A DNA stretch of 64,000 bases, from assembly GCA_013265495.1 (NCBI GenBank), contig MU057989.1:1443513-1507512 (forward strand), in the 5' to 3' direction. Source of the DNA: Vicugna vicugna (Eukaryota). The notes under the pieces were generated by a model that did not search any database, was not told the origin of the DNA, and worked only from the letters and a program-made list of their open reading frames with translations. The position numbers and the translations under genes were made by a program. This document shows, in pieces, positions 25,897-37,922 of the stretch (position 1 is its first letter; each line of letters begins with the position of its first letter).

Positions 25897-25899
25897 ACT

Positions 25900-26620
25900 T
25901 GGCGGGATTCATGAGCCTCTGTCCGGCACCCTCGGCGGCGAGGGGACTCCATTTCCCGAGGTGCCTAGGACTCGGGGGGCGGAGAGCCGCCGTGGCGTCG
26001 GGCCGGGAGCCGAACCGGGGGTGGGGGCTCGGAGGCCGAGCGCCCGCGGCCGTGGGCGAGCGTCGGCGCTGCCTGGTCCGGGCCATGTCCTGGTGAGGAC
26101 GCCGCCGCCCCCTTTCCTAGCCTTGGCCCGGCTCGCTGCGCACCATGGGCTCCATCCTAAGCCGCCGCATCGCGGGCGTGGAGGATATCGACATCCAGGC
26201 AAACTCGGCCTATCGCTATCCCCCGAAATCTGGTGAGTGGCCGCGCTGGCGCCGGTCCTAGCCTCCGGCGCGGACAGCGAGGCGCGGGCTGGATCGCTGG
26301 GCGGGCGGCGGGGCTGGGGCGCCGGTCTCTAGGCGGAGGGTGGGCTGGGGGCCCTGCTCGGCCCGCAGCCCTTCCTGCAGCTTCCCTACCCGGAGCTCTG
26401 CGCGCCCTCCACCCGGACCCCGGGGCGTGGGTCGGGCAGGGGGCTGACTGCTTTGTCCCGGCTGGGTGACCTTGGGTCAGTCGAGTCGCCCCTGCGTGCC
26501 TCGGCTTCCTTGGCTGCACAATGGGGAAAACTCCATGGGAAACCCCCAGGGCCAGGGTGAGGTTCTGGGGCGCGACGCTGGCGAGGGCATAGCACGGTGC
26601 CTGCGCTTCCCTTGTGCTTA
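25900..26620. promoter_or_regulatory. CpG island / MGRN1 promoter and first exon
   Basis: CpG-dense sequence surrounding the MGRN1 start codon. Confidence 0.85.
26145..26232 (+). CDS. MGRN1: E3 ubiquitin ligase MGRN1 (mahogunin RING finger 1), exon 1
   Basis: gcaccATGG strong Kozak; MGSILSRRIAGVEDIDIQANSAYRYPPKS + G|gtgagt; Gly2 in an MGxxxS myristoylation-type context. Confidence 0.97.
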
Positions 26621-28719
26621 CAAAGTGGTCGTTGTTATAAGGATTGTCATCACGCCATGTCCGGTTTTCGCTTTCTTTGGTGGCTTCGTTTGAAGACCCA
26701 GCTGGTGGTCCTATCTGGTCAGAGGTTTAGCTCTCCTGTGACCTGGCGCGCGTGTTTGGTGGGTGGGTCAGGGGAATGAGGCTGGGCCCAAGGAGGCATT
26801 ACAGTCGTTGGGAGAGAAGCAGGGAGTTTTTGCTGGAGAACGGGAGAATGGTTGGAGGGGACCTACCAGGTTCTCTGGTCTTCTTTTCTGTGACTGAGAG
26901 GCCTGGGCCACCAGGAAGGAAGTGACTTTCCCAAGGTCTGAGAGGTGGATGGAAGCACATATGGGAGCAGGACTAGGAGTCAGACTCCCATACGCGTTGT
27001 ACCCAGTTTCTGCTGCCACTAACGATGAGGGTGACCTGACCTGGAACTTTAGTTTGGGCTCCTCATTCTCCATCTCCTCCTCTGGTCATTTGCTGGGAAA
27101 AGAGAGAAGAAACAGGATAGGGGATTTGGACACAATGGAGACTTTCAGACTGGGGCCTCTGATCCTGGCTTCTGTAACATCTGATCTGATGTGGTGGTCT
27201 TCTAGGCTTCACAGTTGACCTGCGGGCAGCCCCCAGGCCAGGTTTCCTGGGAGTGTGGTCCAGGACCACCTGCTCTCCCCCTTGGAGAAGGTTGTTTAAC
27301 ATGTGTTTCCCAGGCCATGCCTCAGACCTGCTGTGGCCTACGAACCTGCATTTAAAACATTCTCCAGGTGAGTCTGATGTCCACTCAAGTTAACTGCTCT
27401 GCCCTCATTTTGGAAAGTGAAGGAAGGCAAGTGTCTGGGACCACTGGAAATAAAGAGGGTGGAGACCAGCACAGTTGGGGCAGTCGGAAGGTAATGCTAG
27501 GCAGAGGGCACTCTTTCCTATCTGGCATGGGAGATGTCTGTGTCTGGTGTGGGGACCCCCTGGAGGCTCTGTGGGCTGACATCCCCAGATCTGATGAAGC
27601 AGTTGTTTGAAGTCATCCTCTTCCATCTCTGGTGTTCTTCCAGCCTGGTGATCTTAGGCAAGCTGCTTAGCTCCCAGGTCACGGTTTACTCATCTGTAAA
27701 GTGGGTTAATCCTTCTCCAGTGCCCAGAACAGTGCTTGGCACCTAAGAAGTCCTTGAAAAATGTTAGCTGCTGTAATGGCTTAAGAAGGAAATTAGGTGA
27801 TCAACTCAGACTCTAATAGCAGTTAGCGGTGGGTTGGCAGAGATATCAAAGAGTTTAAAAGGTGGTATCTCCTGTCACCTGGGACTAGAGCAACTTGGTG
27901 TCCCCTCACTTGGGCATTTGGACAAAATCACAAGTACAAGGCACTTACGGCATGGTTTTTGGACTCTGCATGGCATACCTTGTCAATTAGTCAGGACCCC
28001 GTTTTCTGCCAAGCCTTGACACCCCAGTCAGCCACAATTGATTGGCTGGATGGGTGCCATGGGCCCCCTTGGTTCTGCTGTCAGCGAGAGCAGTGCTCTC
28101 CTGGGCCTGTCTAGTCCAAAGGCTGTCCTTTCTGCTTCCTTGTCTCTTGGGCCACCTTGTTCCGGGAGGCAGTTGGGGACCTAAGCAGTGTTCTGGGAGG
28201 CAATGGGGGCCTAAGTATGTTTCCCCAAGGGTGCATTTGGGACTGAATGAAGGTTTGAGATTATTTTAGGGGAGTCCCCCATGAACTGTTCAATTGATTG
28301 TTATCTTTCCAGGTCTCTGTCAATTTGTTGATTATATTAAGGAGAAAGAATGATTGAGTGCTAGTATTTTCTTTAACACCTCTGTAACACTGTCCATTTT
28401 TTTCCCAGCTTTATTGCGATACAATTGACATATACATTGTGTGAGTATAAGGAGTAGAGTGTAATGATTTGGTATTTATGTATACCAGGAAATGATGACC
28501 ACAGTAAGGTTACTTAACACATCCATCACCTCACCATTACCTCTTAGTGTGTGTGTGTGGGGAGGACTTTTAAAATCCCCTGTCCAAATTTTACTTTGAA
28601 ACTTCCAGCAGGCGCCACAGCAGCTTTAATAACGTTTGCTTTGTATTCATTGTATTTATTTATTTTACTCTTAACAGCTTTATTGAGGTATAGTTTTTTT
28701 TTTAAATTTATTTATTTTT

Positions 28720-28829
28720 GGGGGGGGTAACTAGGTTTTGTTTATTTTTTTACTGGAGGTACTGGGGATTGAACCCAGGACTTTGTGCATGCCAAACACA
28801 TGCTCTACCACTGAGCTGTACCCTCTCCC
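28720..28829 (-). mobile_element. tRNA-derived camelid-type SINE (Vic-1-like), copy 2
   Basis: Same A/B-box body as copy 1; flanking imperfect duplication ctttattgaggtata (28678) / ctttattgaagtgta (28835). Confidence 0.8.
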
Positions 28830-29137
28830 TGGGTCTTTATTGAAGTGTAAATTATGTGTGATACAGCTCATTCTTTGTAAACCTACAATCTGGCGATTTT
28901 TAGTAAACTTAGACAGTTGTGCAGCCATCACCACCATCAGTTTTAGACACTTCTGTCACCCCTCAAAGTTTCCTTGCCTTGTGCCCATTTGCAGGCTGTC
29001 TCTGTCCTCACCACCACCCCTACCTCATCACTGATCTGCTTTCTGTCTTTAAAATTTGTCCTTTCTGGACATTTCACATAAATGGACTCATTCAGCATGT
29101 AGTCTTCTTTGTGTCTAGCTTCTTTCACTTAGCAAAT

Positions 29138-29550
29138 TTTTAAAAAATATATTTTCATTGAAGTACAGTTTACAATGTTGTGTCAATTTCTAGTGTACAA
29201 CACAATACTTTAGTCATACAGGAACATACAGACATTCGTTCTCATATTCCTCTTCTCCATAGGTTACTACAAGATATTGAATATGGTTCCCTGTGCTATC
29301 CAGTATAAACTTGCTGTTTATCTATTTTATATGTATTAGTCAGTATCTGCAAATCTCAAACTGCCAGTTTATCCCTTCCCACCCTCTTCCCGTCACCGTA
29401 AGTTTGTTTTCTACGTCTGTGAGTCTGTTTCTGTTTTGTAAATAAGTTCGTTTCTCTCTTTCTCTATTTTGAATTCCACGTATAAGTGATATCACGTGGT
29501 ATTTTTCTTTCTCTTTCTGGCTTACATTGCTGAGGATGACAGTCTCCAGG
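29138..29550 (-). mobile_element. Younger 5'-truncated L1 3' end (artiodactyl-type) nested in the older L1
   Basis: Distinct 3'UTR text (ataggttactacaagatattgaatat...); target-site duplication ttagcaaat at 29129-29137 and 29551-29559. Confidence 0.75.
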
Positions 29551-30496
29551 TTAGCAAATGTTCTTGAGGTTCATCCGTGTTGTACTTTATTGTAGGGATC
29601 TAGTACATTTTGTTTATCTGTTCACCAGTTAATGAACATTTGGGGCGTTTCCACTTTGGGGCTGTTATGAATAATGCTGCTGTGAGCATTTGTGTGGTGT
29701 GTTCGGTTCTCTTTGGTGTATACCTACGAGTGGAATTGTTGGGTCACGTGGTAACCCTGTGTTTAACGTTTTGAGGGACTGCCAGGCTGTTTTCCATAAC
29801 GGCTGCTCCATTTTGCATTTATTCCCATCGGCAGTGTGTAAGGGTTCCAGATTCTTGTCAACACTTATTGCCTACCTTTTTAATTATGGTTGTCCTGGTG
29901 GGTGTGAAGTGGTATCTCACTGTGGTTTTGATTTACATTTCCCTGATGACTGATAATGTTGAGCAGCTTTCTTGTGCTTATTGGCCATTGCATATCGTGT
30001 GTGTGTGTGTGTGTGAACGCGAGGAGGGGAGGGGAGGGAGGGGATGGCTGTTTTAGTCTTGTTCATTTTTTAGAAATTGGATTGTTTTCTCATTGAATTG
30101 TAAGAGTTCTTTATGGATCCTGGATGCAGTGATGCAGTTCATTTATCAACTCTGTGATTTGCGGGTATTTTCTCCCAGTCTGTGGTTTGTCTTTTCAGTT
30201 TCTTAGTGCTGTCTTTTGAGGAGCACAAGTTTTGGGGTTTTTTTTAAACATTTTTTTAATTTTTTAATTTTTTTAAACATTTTTTATTGAGCACAAGTTT
30301 TAAATTTTGGTGAATTCATTTATCGATTTTTTTAAATGGTTAATGCTTCTGGATTTATATCCATAAAATCTTTGCCTCGCTCAAAGTCATAAAGATTTTC
30401 TCCTATTGTTTTTCTTGAAGTTTTATAGTTTTAGCTCGTACATTTAGGTTTGTGAGCCGTTTTGAATTAACTTTTTTTTTTTAATTTTTGGGTTTT

Positions 30497-30625
30497 GGGG
30501 GGTAAATAGGTTTACTTATGTATTTTAAAAAATTATTATTATTATTTTAGTGGGGTTACTGGGGATTGAACCTAGGACCTTGTGCATGCTAAGCCCACAC
30601 TCTACCACTGAGCTATATTCTCCCC
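30497..30625 (-). mobile_element. tRNA-derived camelid-type SINE (Vic-1-like), copy 3
   Basis: actggggattgaacctaggaccttgtgcatgctaagcccacactctaccactgagctata. Confidence 0.8.
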
Positions 30626-33600
30626 GAAGTTAATTTTTTTCCATGTATGGTTTGGAGTGAAGATCTGAGATTTGGGGGGGAGGGTTTTGTAAATGGATTT
30701 TCACTTATTTCCACATCATTTGTTGCAAAGGCCATTCTTTTCTCATCTGTTGCCTTTGCACCTTCATCAGAAATCAGTTGACTGTAAATGTGAGGGTTTA
30801 TTTCTGAGTCACTTTTCCTGCAGTCACTTGCCCCTGTTACACAGCTGGCTGGTCCCCCAGCGGAGGGGCAAAGCGGGTGTTAGGACACTATGGTTGAGCT
30901 CTTTAACAGAAGGCTGGAGAGGAGAGCCCAGAGTGCAGCAGGGACCCACAGGAGTGCCTGGTCGTGGGCGGCTTCTGCCGTGGTTTGGTTATTCCTCCTC
31001 CCACATTATTATTTTTACTTGTGTGTCTCAAAGTGACGTGGGCTGCCTGCCCTGGTGTTTGGGGACAGGTCACTCAACAGAAGTGTCAGGAGGGGTGATC
31101 AGCCCTGTGACCCACCAACCCTGGGAGTGGGGGTGAAATACGCCTCACACCTAAACCTCGTGTGTATCAGGTGTGTGTACTTTCAGAGTGTTTTCACCTC
31201 CTTTATCTCATTGGAGCTTTGCCATGTCCTTGTAACACTAGACTTTTGTCCTCTTTGGCAGAAGAACTAGAAATCAGACTGAGCCCTTTATCTCCCAGCA
31301 CTTGAGCCTGCACACAGTAGGTGTTTAATTAAATGCTTGTGCAGCAGGCCTTACAGAAAGCAAACCCCCTCTCCCTAGTGTCCAAGCTGCTCAGACTGAG
31401 CTGCATCTTATGCCCTAGGGCGTTAGGTGCGGTCCGAGGACTCCTGGGCCTGCTGCCACGTGATGGGGGACCTGAAGCATGTGCGGGAGACTTTGGGTGT
31501 GTCTTTTGTGTTGGTGGCCATCTAGAAACGTCCTCTCGTGAACACTGCTGCCAGTGTTGGGTTTACCTTTTCTACAGTGAGGCCTTGCCGATTCTTTGGA
31601 GGGAAGAACCATGGCAGGCGTTCTAGACGAGGGAGAGCTTTTTGTGTCACCCAGGATATCCTTTGTCACTGGGGATGTTCTGTCTGGGCCCCTGGGTCCC
31701 ATCGCTGTCCCGAGGCAGTGAGCTTGTGCTTTGAGCCCCATGGTCGGTGGCAGTGGGGCAGGGGATGGGGAGAAGGGGCTGCCCCGCACACGGGGGTTTC
31801 ACCTTCCTGCTCGGATCCCTGCACCATCGTCACTGGGAGCCTGCCACCTGTGCTTCTGCTCATGTGAGCTCAGTTTGGATCCTGTCAGTGTGAGAGCTGT
31901 ATAAAAAAGCTGTGTTTTCAGAGGTTCATGTGTTAGATTTTAGGTAAAAACAACAACGAAACAACACAGACAAAACCCCTGTCAGGTGGCCATGGAGGTG
32001 GGCATCTGAGGACCTGTTTCCCTGAAGGAGAAGCCATAGGTTGCTTGGGTTTAGAAGCCTGCCGCCTGCACTTGGGCCTTGTGGCCACTGGGGCTGAGGT
32101 TTGCCCTCTCACCTGCCCTCAGGGTTTTGAGTGACCTGGAGGTCCCCACATCCTTCACCCAGCTCCTGGGCTGAGATGCGCTCTCCTGTTGGCCGGCTGG
32201 CTGGTGGGCCTTTCCTCCTGTGCTGGGATGTTGGCCATGGCGCCGAGGGCCTGGCTGCCCAGGATCAAAGGGTTACATTTGTGCGTGTTTTCTTCCTTAC
32301 AGTTGGGGTGGCTGTTACTGTGCTTACAGCACGCCCTTCCACAGACAGGTGCGCAAGCCGGAGCTCGGTTTAGCACCAGGAGAGCGAGCTCACCATGTGG
32401 GGTTCTTTGCCACCACCCTGCCTGGAGAGCTGCAGTGAGAGGAGCATTGGATTCTGAGTCCAGAGGCCCTATATTAGCGACTTGCCCTGTGGCCTTGAGC
32501 CGGTCATTTGCTCTCTGGCCCCAGTTTCCCGACTCCCTGAGGTTAAGTTAACCTGTGGTCCCCTGGCATCTTTCAGTTTTGATTCTGCAAGTCCATGGGA
32601 GCTGGGCAGGGGGCGGGGCCAAGCCCCCACCCAGCCGAGCTCCATGTTTTTCAGTTCCCTGGAAGTTTCCTGGGAACGTCCTGCCCTTCCTGGATGACCC
32701 TGTGGGCGGTGACCACTGCTGCCTGCCTCACCTCCCAAACCCAGTGTGGGCGGGCAGGCCCTGGCATGGGGCCACATCCAGTGGGCACTTCCCATGTGTG
32801 CTTCCATCAGGCCTCACATTTTCATGTTGTCCTGTAAAATGAAGTGCAGCCGTGCCACCCCCGCCACCCCTGCAGTGTTGGAGTCAGGCTCAGTGAATAA
32901 GGGTGGGTTGTTCAGTTCTGCCAACTGCCCCTAGTCTGCCTGGCTCCCTGGAGCTGGGGAACCAGGCTCAGTCCCTTCCTGTGCCCTGGGGCCCGCACCC
33001 CTGGTGTGGTCATCGGCCTGCGCTCAGAGCTGGGAGGGAGGCGGAGGCTTGGGAATGACTGACACGGGTGCATCTGTCACCCTGTGTCTGCAGTGGTTGG
33101 AAAGAACCCATTTCTCACCCTCTCATCCCACTCGGTGTTGACTCGGCCGACCTCCTGAGACGGGTGCTGGCTCTGTCCGGTCAGCCCTGGTGTCCACTGT
33201 TCTGATAACTGCCACTTTGTGTTACCTGGATCTCCTGCCCCTGTGGTAGCCCTGAGTGACCAGGCTCTGGCGGTGCCTTTAGGGGGAATCGAATGAAGGA
33301 ACGGTACTAAGTTCAGTGCTTTAGAAAAGGTGTGTTCTATACACACACGTGTATATTTACAATTAGAGTGTGCCATACTGAGGAAACGTACAGATCATTA
33401 GCATTCTGCTTGATGAGCTGTCGCCAAGTAGGTGGGTTGAAGGAGTAGAAAGTGGCAGCCCCTGGTGCCCCTGCCCAGTTTCTGTCCCCTCTACCCTGGG
33501 GAGCCCCTCCTGACTCCACTGGAGGGGAGTTTTGCCTGCTTCTGAGCTTGGTGTGAATGGAACTGGACGGTCCTGACTCCAGGCTGGGTGATGAGAGGCC

Positions 33601-35650
33601 CTGGTGCTGTTAGTGGGGCAGTGGGCGATTTCCTGTCGCTGCTGAGCGATGCTCTAGTGTCCGCTGATGCACCGCGTGTTCATCCGCGAATTCGCGTGTA
33701 GGGCGCTGGGGGCGTTCCCGGTTTGGACTCTCATGAGTGGTGCTGCCACGGACACTCCTGTACCCAGCTTTGGTGCCCACGACTCTGATTTCTTTGGGTG
33801 AATTTTGTTTCACTTTTAAAAAAACTGTGGTAAAATACACATAACAGTTACCACCTTACCTGTTTTAAGTGTGCAGTTCAGAGGCATTAAGTACACTTAA
33901 ACTGCTGCGTAGCTGTCACCACCATCATCTCTGTCATCCCCGTAACTCTTCCTCTTGTGAAAATGAAACTGTCCCCACTGAACACTAACTCCCTATCCCC
34001 TCCCTGGCAGCCACCACTCTGCTTTCTGTGTCTGGATCTTGACAACTCTCAATGCCGGGCAGTGGGTTCTGGCCCCCTTGTGCACGTGGGCGGGGTCAGC
34101 GGCTTTTCCGGTTTTGTGGCGGGGCTGGGCCCCTCCCCCTGCCCCCCTGCGCAGAGTTGGGTCCCATGGCCGCTGTGTTCTCGCCAGCACCGGCTAGTGT
34201 CCTGTGTGCGTGTTCTGTTTTGCTGTTTCTTTTCCTCATTAGCCATGGATATCTTGTGGTAGTTTAAGTTTATTTTTCCCTGATGACCAATGAGGCTGGA
34301 CACTTTTTTGTATGTAAATTGCCATTCATTTCTCTTCCACTTTTTGTGAGATCTTTTGTCTACTTAAAATTTTTATATTGGGTTGTCTCTCTTTTCTCAC
34401 TTATTTGCAGGAATGCTTTTCCCAAGTGCCTTTTATTACATTTTGAGTTCTTTGGAGGTTGACTCTGTGGCATTTACACCAACTCGCTTAGGCAGGGATG
34501 GAATGCACTGGAGGCCTAGGGGTGGGGTCTCTGGGACCCAGGGAGGGGAACCAAGCATTGGAAATCGTGATAACCAGAACGCAGAGTCCTCTCTGGCCTC
34601 AACGTCTTGCTGCTGTGACAGGCATGAAGCCGACTTCACCCACTGGGGGCCCTCAAGGATCAAGTCCTGTGGTTCTGGGTCCAGTTCCATGGGGGGCAAG
34701 AATCTAGGGGTGGCCCAGTATGGTCAGGTGTCCACTGAGGCCAACCAGCTGTGTCCAGGGGCTGGGAGCTGTGTGCTCTTGTGGAAGCTGGGGCCCAGTT
34801 CTATGGATTGTGAAGGCTATGTCCAGAAAAGAGATGAAAGCTGGGGAAGACCCCTCACCCCAAGATAGATGGCTACCACACCTTACAGGAACTCAGCAGA
34901 CCAGAGTCTTTGCTTAGTCACAGCTGTTCTCAGCTCAGGTTCTTGCCTCCTTGCAGGGGCGAGCCTTTTATTTGCTATGTCTGCTGTGGTAAGGCTTTCA
35001 CACTGCAGGGAGGTTGGGAAACACGTTTATCACGTGTCTTTTCACCTGTGCAAAGCTCTGTCGAATAATCAGCTTCTGTAGCCTCTGGGCATCCCCAGCT
35101 GTCCTCTATCTGCAGTTTGCAGCCAGGGTGGTTCACTGAGGCCTCATGTTACAGATGGGGACACTGAGGTCCAGGGAAGTGGGGCTATTATGAGTCTCCC
35201 GCCCGAGTGTGGGGGGCAGAGACGCTATTCTGTGTGCACGCGTGACCTTGGCTGAGCGGGAGTGGCTGAGCAGGGACCAGGCTCACAGGCTAAGGGGCTG
35301 TCCCCCCCAGAGGGGTTGTCTCAGGGACCTGGAGATGCTTTCTGAGATCACCACTCTGTGGACGGTGACATTCTGATCTCTGCTGGGTGGTGGGGCTTAG
35401 CAGCAGTGGACGTCAGGAAGCTGGTCATTGGGAATATCTGTCCTGATACAGAATGAGAAGAATTTTCAGCGAGTGGAATCACTGAACTGTTTCCAGCCTT
35501 CTTGCCTTCCCGCTCGCCCTCCACCGAGTGGGAATGGCACTGGGGGTAGCTGAGCGAAATCCACGCCCAGTGTCCCAGGTCCCAGGGCCAGCTGTGTTTC
35601 TTAGGGGGCCCTAGGGTATCCTTATTCATGTCATGGTTTACCCGGCAGGG

Positions 35651-36415
35651 TTATCGTGATTTATAATGAGAAATACATAATTTGGTCTTCATCCGTTTCT
35701 GGCACAGAACTCCACAAACCCTTGGAATTTCCTCAGTGATGAGTGATAAAGTGAAATGGGTGTCTTCCAATAACAAACCCCTTTCAACCACACCTGAGTT
35801 TGTATTAACGTGATGACTTGGAAGCACCTGAGGCCGGGGGCTGGTTGCCAGTGGAGCCAACCATGAGCTTGGAGGGCTGGAGACTGAGGTGCTTACCTGT
35901 AGCCAGTGATTTAATGTCTTGCCTACATAATGAAGCCTCCATGAAGACGCAGAGTGGCCAGGTTTGGAGAGCGTCTAGGTGGGTGAACACATGGAGATGC
36001 TGGGAGGGGGCACGCTCAGGGAGCTGGGGTTTCCGCAGCCCTTCCCACATGCTGTGTCCTTTGCATCTCTTCTGTCTGATTGTCCGAGCCATAGCCTTTT
36101 TAATAAGCTGGTCATCTAGTAAGTGAATTGTTTTCCTGAATTCTGTGAGTCACTGTAGCAAATTAATTGACCCTGAGGAGGGGATCCTGAGAACCTCCTA
36201 TTTATAGCTGGTGCGTCAGAAGCTCACGTGGCCACCTGGAGTTGTGATTGGCGTCTGAAGTGGAGGAGGGTGCAGTTATGTGGGACTGAGCCCTTCACCT
36301 GCGGGATCTGACGCCGTCTCCAGGTAGTGTCAGGACTGAGCTAAATTTGAAGCCTCCCTTCCCTGGTCGTGTGCACTGAGAGCTGGACAGCTGCTTGGTG
36401 GTGTTGAAAACGCAC
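35651..36415. mobile_element. MER21-like ERV solo LTR
   Basis: Recalled MER21 text: aaacccttggaatttcct..., gggggctggttgccag..., gtgggactgagccctt...gggatctgacgc...ctccaggtag. Confidence 0.65.
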
Positions 36416-37039
36416 ATCAGGCTGGCGTAGTTGAGGACGCAGCTCTGGGTCAGCACAGCTTTTGAGTGAGGACGCCACCTTTCTCTGATAGTGTGGTCCC
36501 AAGCGGTTACTTGACCTCTGTGTGAGAACGTGGGCATGGGGTCAGCCCCTCGGAGACCTGGGGGCCAGAGGCGCGGCTTTGTTGGGTGAACGTGGAGGGA
36601 AGGTGGGCGGCTGCTGAAGGTTGAGGTAGGAGGCGAGGGGCGGCAGGCCTGGGAGCCACGCGCAGTATGGGTGGTGGTATGGGTGGGACTCTAGGGGGTC
36701 TGGGGATTGAGTGCAAACATCCCCCTTGCGTTTTAATCAGATCCTTCCAGGGACCACCCTGGCTGGCAGTCTGGTCTGAGGATTCTGAGGGTTTCCTGCC
36801 ACAGGGGCTCTGCCTCTGGAGATGTCTCTTCACTCAGCTCTTGGGCGAAACTAGGAGTGAATGAAGCCATGAAGCTGCCCTGTGGCCCCGGTGGTGGCAG
36901 TGGCAGTGGCTGTCCCCTCAGGGATGCTGGGTGGCACCTGGCCTGCCTAGCTCCTTTCCGTTGTGGGTGTTTCGGAGGTTGGCGGATTTGGGTGCGGATG
37001 CTTCTCCGGGGTCCAGATCTGGACTCTCTGACCCAGTGG

Positions 37040-37390
37040 GTCTGTCTTAGTCCATCTGGGCAGCTGTAACAGAACACCACACTCTGGGTGGCTTGTAAAC
37101 AATAGACATTTATTTCTCATGGTTCTGGGGGCTGGGAAGTCCGTGACAGGGTGCTGGCGGATTCTGTGTCTGATGAGGGCCCTCTTCGTTGTCCGCAGAC
37201 CACTGCCTTCTCTCTGTCCTCACACGGCGGAAGGGGTGAGGGGGCTCTGTGGGCACTAATCCCTTTCATCAGAGCCCATCCTCATGACCTGATCATCCTC
37301 CAGAGAGGCCCCCCTCCCAACACCATCACACTGGGGCTTAGGTTTCCACGTGTGAACGCTGGCAGGAACACAATCATTCACTCTATAGCA
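37040..37390 (-). mobile_element. MLT1A/MST-like MaLR solo LTR
   Basis: tgtcttagtccat...agacatttatttctcatggttctgg...caccatcacactggggc...attcactctatagca. Confidence 0.75.
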
Positions 37391-37754
37391 GGGTCCCAGA
37401 CTCTGGTCTCCTGATAAACTTGGGTTTTAATAAAATTCTGGGTGAGTGCGTAGCTGATGTTTTGGTGGAGAACAGGTTTGAGCCATGGCTTCATCACTAG
37501 CTTTGTGACCTCTGAGCTCAGTTTCCTGCATGGAAAGTGGGGCCGGATCTGTCCCCCCTCAGTGGGTTCCATGGGGAAATTGGGCTGGGGCGCTGACTCG
37601 GGGGCATGGAGGAAGACCCCTGGGGGCTGGGGGCTTGGTGTCTCCTCTCTTTCTGTCTCCTGTCTTACTTTTTTGTCGTTGCCCCCCCCCGCCGCCCCGT
37701 TGTCTTGTCTTTCTGTTTCCCTCTTCTTTGTAGCCCGTCTTGGTCCAAGATTGT

Positions 37755-37922
37755 TCACACATATAGATGCACATATATGAGCACACACACCACGCACGTG
37801 CAAGACACACGTGCGCACACAAGCACATGTGTGTGCAACACACCTACGGACACACCACACACACAGACCACACAGATGTACACGTGCATACGCGTACTCA
37901 CACACGTATACAGGTACACACC
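37755..37922. repeat. Degenerate alternating purine-pyrimidine (CA/TA/CG) low-complexity tract
   Basis: cacacatatagatgcacatatatg...cacgcacgtgc...acacgtatacaggtacaca. Confidence 0.8.

Larger units (their letters stand above)
28835..30800 (-). mobile_element. Old L1 (L1MB-like) 3' region interrupted by younger insertions
   Basis: Continuous reverse L1 text (ggtgtgaagtggtatctcactgtggttttgatttacatttccctgatgac...). Confidence 0.8.

Noticed and set aside
27355..27373. Recursive-splice-like ccag|gtgagt in MGRN1 intron 1
   Set aside because: Poor pyrimidine tract, and the context resembles MER5A-derived sequence
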